A DNA stretch of 63,553 nucleotides, counting the filler, from Octopus bimaculoides (taxonomy: Eukaryota): the NCBI RefSeq assembly GCF_001194135.2. It is 7 parts of 6 records of this genome, joined end to end, with 100 filler letters (N's around TTAATTAATTAA, not from the genome) between each part and the next. Parts side by side here need not be neighbours in the genome. Positions count along the whole stretch, not along the records: positions 13,224 to 25,519 come from NC_068981.1; positions 25,620 to 42,599 come from NC_068982.1; 5 more parts are not named here. One strand, given 5' to 3'. The notes below the pieces were generated by a model. The model searched no databases. It saw only the letters and a program-made list of their open reading frames with translations, and was not told the origin of the DNA. Positions 24,593 to 37,545 of this stretch are shown here, one piece after another. Each line of letters opens with the position of its first letter. Within the stretch, counting starts at the first letter, position 1. Made by a program: the position numbers and the translations under genes.

Positions 24593-24990
24593 ATGGTGGC
24601 TGTGTGGTAAGAAGCCTGCTTCTCAACCACATGGTTCCGGGTTTAGTCCCACTGAATGGCAACTTGGGCGGGTGTCTTCGACTATATCCTCGAGCCGACC
24701 AAAGCCTTGTGAGTGGATTTGGCAGACGGAAACTGAAAGAAGCCCGTCATATATATATGTATGTGTGTGCGCGTGTGTGTGTATTTGTGTACCTGTGTTT
24801 GTCCTCCGCCATCGCTTGCCAACCGATGTTAGTGCGTTTACGTGTCCGTAACTTAGTGGTTCACCAAAAGAGTCTGATTGAATAATTACTAGGCTTACAA
24901 AGAATAAAGCCTAGGATCGATTTGTTCAAGTAAAAAGGCGGTGCTCCAGCATGGCCGCAGTCAAATGACTGAAGCAAGTTAAGGAGAAGA
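24593..24990 (+). mobile_element. Near full-length SINE family B (tRNA-like head, CORE-like ccttgggcaag motif, internal microsatellite)
   Basis: gtggctgtgtggtaagaag..ggttccgggtttagtcccactg..gaccaaagccttgtgagtggatttgg..ggcggtgctccagcatggccgcagtcaaatgactgaa. Confidence 0.9.
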
Positions 24991-25027
24991 AGAAACAATA
25001 AAAGAATATGTAATATATATATATGTA

Positions 25028-25062
<35 letters not shown>

Positions 25063-25179
25063 ATATATGCAAATATGAATATATGCATACATATATGTAT
25101 GTATATTTGTATATAAACGGAGAGAGACATAAAAGACCGATAGACTGAATAACATGAGAAAGTGAGGAAGAAAGAAGAA

Positions 25180-25238
<59 letters not shown>

Positions 25239-25239
<1 letters not shown>

Positions 25240-25935
25240 GTTTCTTTATTAGCCACACAGGGCTCAACACAGAGGGGACAAAATACAAATGTAGAGTTTT
25301 TCTTTTCGAGGGGGTCGAAAATAAAGCAGAAAAAAAAACAAAAGTGGGGACAACGATGAAAAAAAAACATCGCAAAACGTTTGGGGTATTTACAAAAAAT
25401 ACGAAATAATACAAAAAATTCCCAATAAATGGGGAGGTTATCCGTGGAAAGACAAACCTACGAAAAGACCACGGTAACCTCGGTCTTTAGCGTTACAGTT
25501 TGTTAAATAAAATTTCTTTNNNNNNNNNNNNNNNNNNNNNNNNNNNNNNNNNNNNNNNNNNNNTTAATTAATTAANNNNNNNNNNNNNNNNNNNNNNNNN
25601 NNNNNNNNNNNNNNNNNNNTTATTTTAACTTCATCCCACAGGGGGAGGTGGTTTCCATTTTTCCATACATGATCAGCTATACCCGATTTATCGATATCTC
25701 CTCGTGTCACAGCTTTGCGATGTTCTTCTACCCTTATTTTGAGGGGGCGACATGTTTCGCCTTTGTATAACCTACCACAGCTGCATGGGATGGAGTACAC
25801 GCAGTTTTTGGTCATATTCTCTTCTGTTGGTGGTTTTACCCGAAGGAGATATTTGCGAAGTGTTGTATTGCTCTTGAATACTGCCCTGATGTCATATGGG
25901 CCGCATATCTTTTGTTTCTTTTCGGAGAGGCCTTA
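25239..25935 (-). mobile_element. Penelope-like element 3' portion: near-intact GIY-YIG ORF (25620-25935) plus 3' region ending AATAAA and (TATC)n
   Basis: GLSEKKQKICGPYDIRAVFKSNTTLRKYLLRVKP..KNCVYSIPCSCGRLYKGETCRPLKIRVEEHRK..SGIADHVW. The two parts are separated by an assembly gap, so linkage is assumed. Confidence 0.85.
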
Positions 25936-27527
25936 TATATATAATTATATATGTATAATTATATATGTATAATTACTGCTAGGGTCACTGTATTTCATTA
26001 TGCAATCATAATACACTGTGTCCCATTAGTGTTAGCAATGCTATTCAATCACATTTTAAGTGCTGGCTCTTGTTTCTATGGAATATCTATAAAGATAACT
26101 TTAAAAAGTGATACACACTCACACACACACATACACATATATGTATATATCCACACTTATATATGTATGAGTATGGATGTGTGTATATGCATGAATATTT
26201 GTATGAATATGTGTGTCTCTGTGCCTACATAGGAGTCAATTGCCCAAGATACTGCAATATAGATAACTATTTAATTACACTAACACATCATGTATGACTA
26301 AATATATAGAAGCTAAACAATATTAGAGAGATGAAAAGAGAGAGAGAGAGAAAGAGTGAGAGTAAAATGATGAGACGCAGGCATTTCATTTATAGCCATC
26401 TCAACATACTTTTTCCTATGTATAGAGAATTTACACCTATCTGATTGCCAGAGTGAGAGAGATCAGTACTAGCACCTGGCATTACAGCTGAGTAGACAGG
26501 AACAACATAAAATGTATTGCTCAAGGACACAACATGCTGGTTGGTCTTGGAGTCAAACCCAATACCTTATGCTCATGACATAAGCACTGAAACCATTTGG
26601 TCATGCACCTTCGTTTAGTGATTACATTTTTTTCTGTATCTTACTGCTAATAAAATACAATATAAAGACAATTCTTTATCTTGTTGATGAACCTGTTATT
26701 CTTTTCTGCTTCAAACTAGTTCTTATAAAACAATAATATAGTATAGGTACTAGCATCGGGTAAGATAAGCGTTGTGGGAGGGTATGTATTTTTACTTATT
26801 ATCACTGATTTATTATACGGTGGTGAGGTGGAAGAATTATTAGCATGTCAGACAAAATGCTTAGTGGAACTTCATCTGTCTGGGTTCAAATTTCAGCATT
26901 GATGAAATAAGTACTTGTTGAGTACTGCAGTTAATGAAATCAATTAACCTCTCCCCAAATTTCAAGGTTTTTCCCTATAATAGAAAAGATTATTATTACT
27001 TAATGATTTTTTTTCTTTAGATATTTTATGCCCAAGGCATCAGGCTGTATACCCTTACATATACAACACCCCTATATAAAGTCTCATATAGTTTTATGTA
27101 GGAAAGCTCAATACATAATTTATTCATTAAGAAGTAAACAGTGTATCATTGCAAACAGTTCTTAGAAAGCAAACAGCAAAACAACATTCAAACAGCAACT
27201 AACAAATATAGAACTAGCTACAGAAAATATATTATTTTTAGGCTACATTGACTAAAAGTTACAAAAATATGTTTATAAAGTAGATAACTATATTATTCAA
27301 AGAAATTTTATCCAATCATATTTATTTAAGAAGCTAGCTTGTATTTATTCATATGTTTTCTCTAAAAGTTCCTCAACAATTTATAGACAAAATGGATGGT
27401 ATATTAGATGAAAAAATTCCATTCCCAAATATCACATTGACTATAGTACTGTGTATGCATGCATAGAACACAAACACATATACAAATATATGTGTATACA
27501 TTTATAAATATTTCTATATGAATACAC

Positions 27528-27602
<75 letters not shown>

Positions 27603-27629
27603 TACCATTATTATTGTTGTTGTTGCTAT

Positions 27630-28390
27630 TAAGGTGGCTAGCTGGCAAAATCATTAGCATGTTGGGCAAAATGCTTAGCAACTCCAATTTTGTCTTTCAT
27701 CTTTTCAGGTTTGATAAAATAAAGTACCAGTTAAGTACTGGGGAAGATGTAATCAACTCCCCTAAAATTGCTGGCCTTGTGCCAGAATATTATCATTATT
27801 ATTATTATTATTATTATTATCATTACTCAAGATGCCACACAATATCCAATATTGTGATGTCGTTGATTGAAGATATTGTGTCTACCAGGGGTTTGTACTG
27901 TCTGTCAAGTCACAACAAGGACCTCAGGCAGACAGTACTTTATGCAATATGTGAGCAGTTCTAAGTAATGCCGATTTTTGTAAAACACCTAGATTGTAAG
28001 GTACTTCTAAAGTTTCCAGATGGTTCTTCAGGTTGGGTGGTATTGAATCCAATGCTCTGATGACAACAGCGACAACCTTTATATTTGACTGCCACATCTT
28101 AGCGATCTTAATTCTCAAGTCTTCATATTTATCAATCTTTTCTCTTTTTTTCATAATATGTTGATCTGGCACTGCCATGTTGATTAGGCTGGAAGAATTG
28201 TTAGTGCACCAGGCAAAATGCTTAGTGGTATTTTTCCCATTGCTACATTCTGATTTCAAATTCTGCCAAGGTCAACTTTGCTTTTCATCCTTTCAGGGTC
28301 AATGAAATAAGTATCAGTTGAGTACTGGGGTCAATGTAATCGACTATACCCCACCTCTAAAAATTTAGGCCTTGTGTTTATAACAGAAAG
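27630..28390 (+). mobile_element. Two family-A SINEs (27630-27790, 28186-28390) flanking the Dong-like fragment
   Basis: Family-A head and core motifs, each followed by (ATT)n. Confidence 0.75.
27830..28185 (-). mobile_element. R4/Dong-like LINE 3' end (restriction-like endonuclease C-terminus plus 3' UTR) ending in (AAT)n
   Basis: MAVPDQHIMKKREKIDKYEDLRIKIAKMW..KVVAVVIRALDSIP..LQKSALLRTAHILHKVL*, the typical EKxxKY..LQK..LLGT..ILRKVL RLE tail. Confidence 0.85.
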
Positions 28391-28404
28391 GATTATTATT
28401 ATTA

Positions 28405-28496
<92 letters not shown>

Positions 28497-28699
28497 TTAA
28501 TCACATGCCAGAAATGGAGAAGCAAATCCAGCAACCATCAGAAATGACTGAATGGAATAGTATGGCCTGACCTTTATGCTACTGGAGGCCTAATGGTGTC
28601 ACATCCAGTTTTAGAGACTAAGAGATGTAAAAACCAAAAACAAATTTCATAGATGTAAACACACAAATCGAACCCAAAAGGCTTGCTTAATTAGTTTAT

Positions 28700-29310
28700 C
28701 AGAGTGATGACATTTGGATTGGTCCCTTTTAGGTGGTGGCCAAAATGTCCTCCCCGCAAAGAGAACATCTTGGTTGATTTCCTGGAAGTGACATCAAACC
28801 TAGACATTGATATCTATAAACCTTTCCAGAAAACAACTAAGAGGCTGACATATGTTAATACAACTTCCTGCCATATAACTACAGCCTTCAAAAGGGGGTT
28901 AGCAGAAGAATCTCCAACCTATCTTTAAATAAGATCTTGAAGGCCACAACCCCATACTACTACAAGGCCCTGACTGCTAGTGGTTTCAGTTGTATGACTG
29001 ATGAACCCCATCAAGAGAAAATTACAGTACAAAATCATATGGCTTATACAGAGGTAGCATCACATAATCACTGAAAAGGCAAGACAATACAGAAACTGTC
29101 ATGTATTATTAGGCAGATGTAGTATTGAAGGATCCCAGTATAGTAACAAATGCACAGAAATACGTGAGACAGAAGGCCCCTTTAGAACCAGGCTCAACAA
29201 CTGTAAGTCCTCATTTAATATCCAAGAGATGTAATGGTGCAACTCTAGCTAGACATGTATGGACACTGATAGAAAACACCTCACATTACAACATCAAGTG
29301 AAGGATACTG
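28700..29310 (+). mobile_element. Decayed Penelope-like element (RT thumb to GIY-YIG)
   Basis: VDFLEVTSNLDIDIYKPFQK..TYVNTTSCH, NCHVLLGRCSIE, ETEGPFRTRLNNCKSSFN. Confidence 0.7.
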
Positions 29311-31172
29311 GAAAAGTACAATTTTTGCCATTATTTTAATGTCCATTTTCCCATGCATGAGTCAGATAGAATTCATTGAAGTAGATTTTTCTATAACTTT
29401 ATGCTCTTCCTATAGCTAACCCTCACATGTTTCCAAGCAAGGTAATATCTGGGTCTTCTCTTTTTTTTTTTTTTTTTTGAGCATATAATATATCAGTTTT
29501 ATGTCACAAATAGAATGTCATGCTGCTTTGATAATCCTGTATTCTCATTGACTTCAGCTTTAATAGAAAAGTAAACTTTATAGCAAGACGAATTTTCCAT
29601 AAACAGATTCATTATTTCTAATGTAATATAGTGTAACACAGAACTAAATTCTCTGCTAGACAATAGAATTGGTGGACAAAGGTAAGGTTAAATTTGTATT
29701 TACTGCAGAGATAGCTAGAACTTCATCTTCCCATCTCCTTACATTGACCACAAACTATAATCACCTGTTGATTTTCCACTGAAGTTATTTAAAAGAAGGA
29801 TGTTTGTTTTCATATAAAATCTTACATGGATAAATCTAAAGACCAAAGTACCAGTACTCCTTGTTAGCAGCACAGTTTGCTATAATTGGTGTGTAAATAC
29901 TGATAAGTGTGACATGAATTATCGCCAATGTGAATGTACAGAGACATCAAGTCACAGAGAAGTCATCTCTGTCAGCTGTTTAACCTATTTAGGTGTGTAG
30001 CTTCCTTTCACTTCCACTGTTTATATATCTGTACATCTCATCAAGGAAGCTCCATAAAGAGGTTGTCTAGAAGTTGAGCAAGTACAGTTGTCTGGCTTGA
30101 CATTGAAAACTGATTCCATTTAAAGTTACCATCTTCTGTTTGGGATAATTTGGTTGCACTTTTCTATAAAGTTATGTCACGACATCTGATTAGAGGTTTA
30201 GTGTGAATGTACAAACTTTGCTTATTGCCAAATAGGAATGGAAATGTAATGTAATCATCAAGAGGATTCTTTGTGCTTCACAGAAGGACACAGTACATGC
30301 AAATACTTTCATCTTGATGTCATGGTCATCCTCTTTATGCATGCTTAAGTAGGAAGTTCATACCAAAGACTGTTATATTTCTCTTAATACCTTTGAAAGC
30401 TTTTATGAAGTTGGATATCTTTCAAAAGATGCAATTTATTGCTTTTAATATTTTACCAATATACTGTGCTTGCTTATAGTAATAAATAAGATTAGTCCAC
30501 TGTATAATCCCTTCTAGAACAACTGTTGATATGTGACTGGCCACCTATGTTCAATACATATATGTGTGTACATATGAAATTATTATTACATGATGAAGGC
30601 TGAGAAAAGGCTGTAATCCTATGCATAACAAGTGGTTAAATAAATATACTCACCTCTCATACCTCCTGAATTTTTATGGCCTACATACATACATACATGC
30701 ATACATACATAATACATACATACATACATACATACATACATGCATACATACATACACACATATTATAAATTTAAGAAATTGGTTGACATATATGGTTGGA
30801 ATGAGCAAGAACCATGCCATGATGACAGTTACATGCATGTACAGCTACATATACAATTTTTAATGAATCAGTCTTGGTGTATTGTTGGTTCAATTTGTTG
30901 CATTTCGTTTTGATACTTCAAGTCATGATAGAAATACATATCCAACAAAAAATAAGTTAAAGATAAGTAATGTTTGAGACATAACTGTAGCTGTTGTTTT
31001 GTTAGATAGAAAAATTTCATAGTTCTTTGGTATAGGGTACCAGTTGTTGTTGCAAGATTGATACAAGTGAAGTCTTGTGTGAAATTCTGTTATAAAAAAA
31101 TATTTATTTATTTTCAAACATTATTAAAATATATTTCTGTGCCCTTAATGGCCTACAGGGGGAAGGAGTTAA

Positions 31173-31394
31173 CCCTTTTGCTGTCATATTTCAGCTGAGA
31201 GGCACTGTCTGTGTTGGAATTAATTTTGAAAATTATGATGAATTTAGTAGAATAATTTTGTCATTATCAAGCTGGCGCCTGCAACATAAATTAACATGAA
31301 ATTTTAATGGAAGGTTTTAATTTAGTTCACTTTAAAACAGGAAGTTAACATTATAGAACCAAGGGCAATCTCAGACAGGTTGATGTCAAAAGAG
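31173..31394. mobile_element. piggyBac-type MITE with TTAA target duplication
   Basis: TTAA|CCCTTTTGCTGTCA ... TGATGTCAAAAGAG|TTAA. Confidence 0.8.
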
Positions 31395-32420
31395 TTAACT
31401 CTCAGTAAAAAAAACCCACTTTACTAATTATCTATTGTAGCATGTTTAACAGTGTGTGTGTGTGTGCGTGCTAGAGGCAGCAATAAGATGGTAGCTGATA
31501 AAGCAATATCATAGTCTAGCATGTGAACTCAGTTATCGTAGTGGTAGAAGTGGTTTTGAGTGCTATCAGCTTTAGGCCAATAGCTGAGGGCTAAACATTC
31601 TCTTGACTTTGTTGATATGTTTTCCTATCAAAATTTAGATTGTAACTGTTTGACAACTCCTTGTTATTTGCTTTCATAAGTTAGCAGAATGATTGATAAA
31701 AAAAAAAAGATGAAAATATCAAGGCAGTGTCCCAGCATAGATGCAGCCTAATGACCGAAACAAGTAAAAGAACTAAAAAATATATAAAATAGAGCAACAT
31801 CTTTCTTTTATTTTTAAGCTAAATAAAACAAATATTGATAATTTACTTACTTAAGCCCTTCACTGCCAATAGAGCAAAGGTCATGGATGACTTTTGTCCA
31901 CTGATCTTGACCCTAAGCTGTCAACCTTGGAGTTTCCTTTTAGATTGTGCTACACCAAAGGCCTTCCTCTGACAAGACCTTGTTAGTTTTGAAGTGACAT
32001 TGATACTTCTGTAACTTTACTATTTTCTAGGTGTGTGTGTTGCCCTACATAAACCCATTTTTACTTCTGGGGAGAGGTGGTCCATAGTTGTCTAGTCCCT
32101 AACCTTTAACCTGTCCTGCATAAGAGGCCTTACAAAGAGTTTGCACTCCACTGGCATAGTTCTTGGGGTCATTGAGACACACTAGACCTTGTGGTGGAAA
32201 TATTAATAACATGAATAGATAAAAATGCTGAAATTTACTGTAAGTGGACCAAGAGTTCAAATCTTGGTTAGATTTCCTTTACACTATTTCTACCACAGCA
32301 ATGAAATGAGAATAATTTTAACTGTACATCAAGAAACGGATGTCATGAAATGTCAGAATATTGCCTTGAGTGTCAGGAAAGAAAATTTGAACTGTTGTAT
32401 ACAAGAATATATGCAATGGA

Positions 32421-32451
<31 letters not shown>

Positions 32452-32504
32452 AAGATTTAAGTCAATATCAGTGTCAAATTGTATCTTTTATCGTCTACTT
32501 GTTT

Positions 32505-32835
32505 CAACCATGAGAGTGTAGCCATGCCGGGACACTGCCTTGAAGAATTTTTAGTCAAATGAATTGGCCCCTGTACTTTTTTTAAGCCTAGTACTTACTC
32601 TATTGGGATTTTTTTCCTCCAACACCTGTAGTCAAACAGTGGTGGGGGCAAACACAGACACGGAGACACACACATATTTATATATTCAACACATTTCTTT
32701 CACTTTCTGTCTACCAAATCCACTCACAAGGCTTTGGTCAGCTCAAGGCTATAATAAAAGACACTTGCCTAAGGTGCCATGCACTGGGACTGTACCTGAA
32801 ACCATGTGGTTGGGAAGCAAGCTTCTTATTATACA
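32505..32835 (-). mobile_element. SINE family B
   Basis: Reverse-complement match to 24593-24990. Confidence 0.8.
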
Positions 32836-33089
32836 GCCACGCTTACACCCCTTCAAGATATATCTTTAAGTCAGTAGCAGCCAAGCTGTGTATACAAGAA
32901 TGAAATATTTAACTGGGTTTGAATATCTAGTAGTACAAAGCCATGTCAACGAAGTCATATGCTTTCCAATGAAGATGGCAGAGAAGAAAAGATGTTCACT
33001 CCAAAGTAAAATAGGAATGACTGTGGCAACTTGTGTGTGTCAAGAGGTCAAACAAGATGAATAAGTAATACTAACATATCTGTATGTTG

Positions 33090-33350
33090 GTGTTGTGTCT
33101 TTTCGTCTGCCGTTACTTTGTCAAACGTTTTCTCATCCTCATCTTTTGGTCTGACGTTTTTGTCTGATGATTTTTATCCAATGACAAATCTTATCAATAA
33201 AATTCTCAACGATTATTTGATTTTGATGTTCACCTTGTTCTCTAAAGAGTTTATTTAAAACTGGACAAAAAGTTGTTGGACAAAAAGATGTCGGAAAAAA
33301 GACATGGACAAAGTGACGTTGGACAATGAGACATCTGATGAAAAGTTGGG
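33090..33350. repeat. Degenerate inverted repeat built of short ttttgtcc-like subrepeats (old MITE-like)
   Basis: cgttactttgtca..tttttgtctga..tttttatccaa versus ttggacaaaaag..ggacaaagtgacg. Confidence 0.5.
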
Positions 33351-33619
33351 TTATATTGTATGTTCAACACTAATAAAATAAACTTTTAAGTTCAATAAAA
33401 ACTTGCCATTTTATAACTTTTAAATGGTTGCATTGGTATTGTGTCAGTTAAAAGGCTACAGAGGTGTAATGAAAATTTTGTTACTTCAAGAAATAAATGG
33501 AAAGCAAATCTAACAAATTCTATGTTTTTAGGTGGCTAAGATGACTTTTCCATGATGAAATTGTTCCAGGTCCAGCACAAGTCACATGTCAGACAAGTAC
33601 AACACTAAAATAAACTCTT

Positions 33620-33658
<39 letters not shown>

Positions 33659-34364
33659 ATATCTATCTATTTATCTCACACACACACACACATAAATGCA
33701 CACACACACATGTATAATGCATACATACATAAAAACACCCACGCACATGTGTGTGGGTGTATACATACACACAAATCTCTATCTTTCTCTCACTTTCTCC
33801 ATATATATATATTTATGTATATATGTATGTACAGAGAGAAGGTGTGAGAGAGAAATAGAAAGAAAAAGAAAAAGAGTAAGTGACAGCCTTTTTGTTACTT
33901 CTTTATGTTTAAATAATAACATTCGGAAAATATTAGCCTCAACTGAATATGTCAAACATAACAATAAAGAAGAGATGTTAGATAATGTTTACATACCTAC
34001 ATTTATTTTCACAATTTGTTTATTTTAGTGTACAATTTGTTGTAGATAAATAATCCTATTGTATATTCTTCTCTTTCTTTGTCATAATTATCATAACCTG
34101 TAACTCCTTCGTTTTCATTATTTTAATATATAAGAATTGGTGGTTGACATAATTTGCATAACACCCGACAAAATGTTTTGTGATATTAATCAGTTTCATC
34201 TCCTTTACTTTCTGAGTTCAAATTCCATTGGGATTGAATTTGTTTTTAATCCTCTTGGGGATAATAAAATAATTACAAGTGTTATACCGGGAGCAACTTA
34301 ATTGACTGCAGACACCCACAAAATTTGTAACCACTGCAAAAATTAGAAATCATTATTATAATAT

Positions 34365-34570
34365 CCCTTTCTACTGTAGGCACAAGGCCTGAAATTTTGT
34401 GGGAGGGAGTTAGTTGATTACATCAACCCAAGTGCTTAACTGGTACTTATTTCCTTGACCCTGAAAGAAAGAAAGCATAGTCAACTTCAGCAGCATTTCA
34501 CCTCTGAATGTAATGATGAAATGTCACTATTTTGTCTGGTGCTTTAATGATTCTGCCAGCTCACCCCCTT
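34365..34570 (-). mobile_element. SINE family A
   Basis: cctttctactgtaggcacaaggcctgaaatttt..ctgccagctcacc. Confidence 0.8.
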
Positions 34571-34589
34571 AATCCTTATTATAATATCA

Positions 34590-34953
34590 AACCCTTTTGT
34601 TACCATATTTGGTTAAAATGCACTATCTTTGTTTCAATTAATTTTGAAAATAATTCTTTTATTCTTTTACTTGTTTCAATCATTTGACTGCGGCCATGCT
34701 GGAGCACTGCCTTTAGTCAAGCAAATCGACCCCAGGACTTATTCTTTGTGCGCCTAGAACTGATTCTCTCAGTGTCTTTTACTGAACTGCCAAGTTACGG
34801 GGATGTAAACACACCAGCATCGGTTGTCAAGCGATGTTGGTGGGTACAAACACAGACACACAAACATATACACACACATACATATATAAATATATNNNNN
34901 NNNNNATGTTGGTGGGTACAAACACAGACACACAAACATATACACACACATAC

Positions 34954-34995
<42 letters not shown>

Positions 34996-35298
34996 GATGG
35001 GCTTCTTTCAGTTTCGAAATCCACTTACAAGGCTTTGGTCAGCCTTAGGCTATAGTAGAAGACCTTGCCCAAGGTGCTATGCAGTGGGACTGATCCCAGA
35101 ACTATGTGGTTGGTAAGCAAGCTACTTACCACACAGCCTCTCCTACACCTATGTGGAGAATTCATTAAAATAAATTAGTTATTATTAAATAAATTAACAT
35201 GGAATTTTGATGGAAAGCTTTTTAGATCACTTTAAAACATGGAATTTGTATCATAGAACTTGAAGTAGTCTCAGGCCGGTTGATATCAAAGAAGTTAA
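34590..35298. mobile_element. piggyBac-type MITE (same family as 31173) interrupted by a minus-strand SINE B (34660-35150)
   Basis: Left part cccttttgttaccatattt..ttaattttgaaaat and right part aaattaacatggaattttgatggaa..tgatatcaaagaag|ttaa are colinear with 31173-31394. Confidence 0.75.
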
Positions 35299-35343
35299 AA
35301 ACTCCTTACAAATCTTTGAAAATCAATGTCCATGTCTCAAAAA

Positions 35344-35730
35344 CATCATCATCGACGTTTAACGTCCACTTTCCATGCTAGCATGGGTTGGACGATTTGA
35401 CTGAGAACTGGCGAACCAGATGGCTGCACCAGGTTCCAATCTGATCTGGCAGAGTATCTACAGCTGGATGCCCTTCTTAACACCAACCACTCCAAGAGTG
35501 TAGAGTGTGTTTTTATGTGCCACCGGCATGAGGGCTAGTCTGACGGTACTGGCAACGGCCACACTCAAATGGTGTTTTTTATGTGCCACCTGCACAGGAG
35601 CCAGTTCAGCGGAACTGGCAACGACCCCGCTCAAATGTTGTTTTTCACATGCCACCAGCACAAATGGTGCTATTTACGTGCCACCGGCATGGAAGCCAGA
35701 CCGGTGCTCTGGCAGTGATCTCACTCGTGC
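35344..35730 (-). mobile_element. Repeat family E (RTE-like (GAT)n tail, aggaagggcatccagc motif) with internal ~70-bp tandem units
   Basis: catcatcatcgacgtttaacgtccactttccatgctagcatgggttggac..ctggatgcccttc, followed by repeated gtgccacc..ctggcaac..ctcaaatg. Confidence 0.8.
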
Positions 35731-35907
35731 ATCATAATTCTGATACATACTTTATGCCAGTACCTCTTGAAGTGGACAGGACCCCACTATCTGAGGGTGG
35801 TGGTAGAAAATTTTACATGGTTACTGAGTACAAAGGTGCTTGAGGAGGTAGGTGGGGGTGGGGGGTAATAGATGTATCTGCACAGTTTTTTTTTGTTTCT
35901 TATTTAA

Positions 35908-36126
35908 TCCTTCAGCAGTCACATTATTCTGTCAAAGTAATGCTTATTTATTCACATTGTTTTGAATGAATCATGCATTATTTTGTAGATTTGAGATTTT
36001 GATGATGAAACTGTTAATTTCTAAAATGATATTGTAGGGTTGGCATAAGAGGCAAGATCTGGCCAGTTTGAACATAAAACAGGTAGAATATTTTGACCGG
36101 ACATGTCCTGTTTAATTGCTAAAGGG
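35908..36126. mobile_element. Second piggyBac-type MITE family
   Basis: TTAA|TCCTTCAGCA ... TGCTAAAGGG|TTAC termini. Confidence 0.65.
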
Positions 36127-36394
36127 TTACCTGTTAAGTTTTTTAAAAAAATTCTTATTTGATATTATGTTAAACTATTTGTGAAATCACAACAGCTATG
36201 ACAATAAGTAGTGGGGCCAATTTATTCAACTAGACCCTCCAAGCTTGTATCCCAGTATGGCTACAGTTCATTGACAGAAACAAGTAAAAAAAAAATAATG
36301 AGAGGGTGACATTTTACTTTTACTATTTTTTTATTGTATTAATCTTTTGTGCCTTTTGATTTGTACTTTTATTTTGCTTTTGCTTTCCCTTCAG

Positions 36395-36566
36395 GTGCTA
36401 AATTTTGTGCGTGTTGCAGTACAAAGTAGGAAAGTAAATCTGATGTCAGTTGATTTACCTGCTGGGAGAACAAGTGTGTTTAAGCTGCCAATTGATCCAA
36501 GTTTAAAATCAATTACAATTTCAGTTAGTGGTAATCAACCAAAAATTTACTTGAAAAATCCTAATG
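36395..36566 (+). CDS. HMCN1: Hemicentin-1-like internal exon (region immediately after the VWA domain), phase 0 to phase 1
   Basis: Pyrimidine tract plus TCAG acceptor at 36391-36394, GTGAGT donor at 36567. 172 nt encode VLNFVRVAVQSRKVNLMSVDLPAGRTSVFKLPIDPSLKSITISVSGNQPKIYLKNPN(G), which aligns by eye with the hemicentin-1 segment recalled as VLxWVEEAVQASKVHLLSTD...IPFDPSLKEVTVSLSG...NPLG. Confidence 0.9.
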
Positions 36567-36734
36567 GTGAGTAAAACCTCATTATAATAATTTTTGGTAA
36601 TTTTTTAATTTTGTTATTGTTGTTGTTGCTGTTTTTGTTGCATTTACTGCTTTTTTTTCTTTAGTGTCGTTCCCTTTATTTTTATTTGTGTCACTGATGT
36701 TGTCGTTGTTGTTGCTATTATTGTATGCCATTGA

Positions 36735-37050
36735 CTGGCTCTCCGTCAGTTATGATCTGATCGATGAAACAACATGCTCATGAAATTAATGCGCAAGTGG
36801 CTGAATACTCCACAGACCTGTATTCTCTTAACATAGTTCTCAGGGAGATTCAGTGCGACACAGGATGTGATAAGGCCAGCTCTTTGAAATACAGGTACTA
36901 CTCATTTTTGCCAGCTGAGTGGACTGGAACAACGTGAAATAAAGTGTCTTGCTGAAGGACACAATGTACTGCCAGGTATTGAACTCATGACCTTCTGATT
37001 GTGAGCTGAACCACTAAATCACATGCTAAACACTGAGCCATGCACCATCA
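36735..37050 (-). mobile_element. tRNA(Arg)-like SINE family C in the hemicentin intron
   Basis: Core gtgtccttcagcaagacactttatttcacgttgttccagtccactcagctggcaaaaatgagt on the minus strand; same family as 46325-46625. Confidence 0.8.
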
Positions 37051-37369
37051 TTTATTAAAATAAATTAGTTCCTACTAAGCTGGTGTTTGGAACATGAATT
37101 AACACAGAAGGCTTAGTGTTTGCTGTTAATGCGCCTTTAATCTTTAGCACACTGTAGGTGCATCATGTCATTGTATGAGTTTTCTCCCCTGTAGTAACAG
37201 GGCAGTGGCAGGAGAAACAATTCTAGAGACAATACAGTGTACTAAAGGTTAATTTTTATCTGGCTTCTTTTGTTGTTGTTTAGCCTCAAGTCAACCCTAA
37301 TGATTAGATCTGTGATTAAAAGGTGCTCTGGCCATGATAGTTGTAAGATATATGTCACCAACATGCAAG

Positions 37370-37545
37370 CCTTTCCAACCTTCTGTGGAAACATGTTTGG
37401 TCATGGCGAAATGTCACCTTAATGGAAACAAGTGAGGGTTGGTGAGTGGAAGGGCATCTGATCACAGAAAATCTGCTTCAAAAAATTCCATCCAATCCAT
37501 GCAAGCATGAAAAAGTGGACATTAAAAATCATGAAGATGAAGATA
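37370..37545 (+). mobile_element. Repeat family E fragment
   Basis: ggaagggcatctg..ccatgcaagcatgaaaaagtggacattaaa. Confidence 0.65.

Noticed and set aside
29643-29690. AAAG|GTAAGG donor as a possible hemicentin micro-exon
   Set aside because: No frame resembles the hemicentin VWA sequence.
34843-34970. Direct duplication inside SINE B
   Set aside because: Flanks a 10-N gap; assembly overlap artefact.
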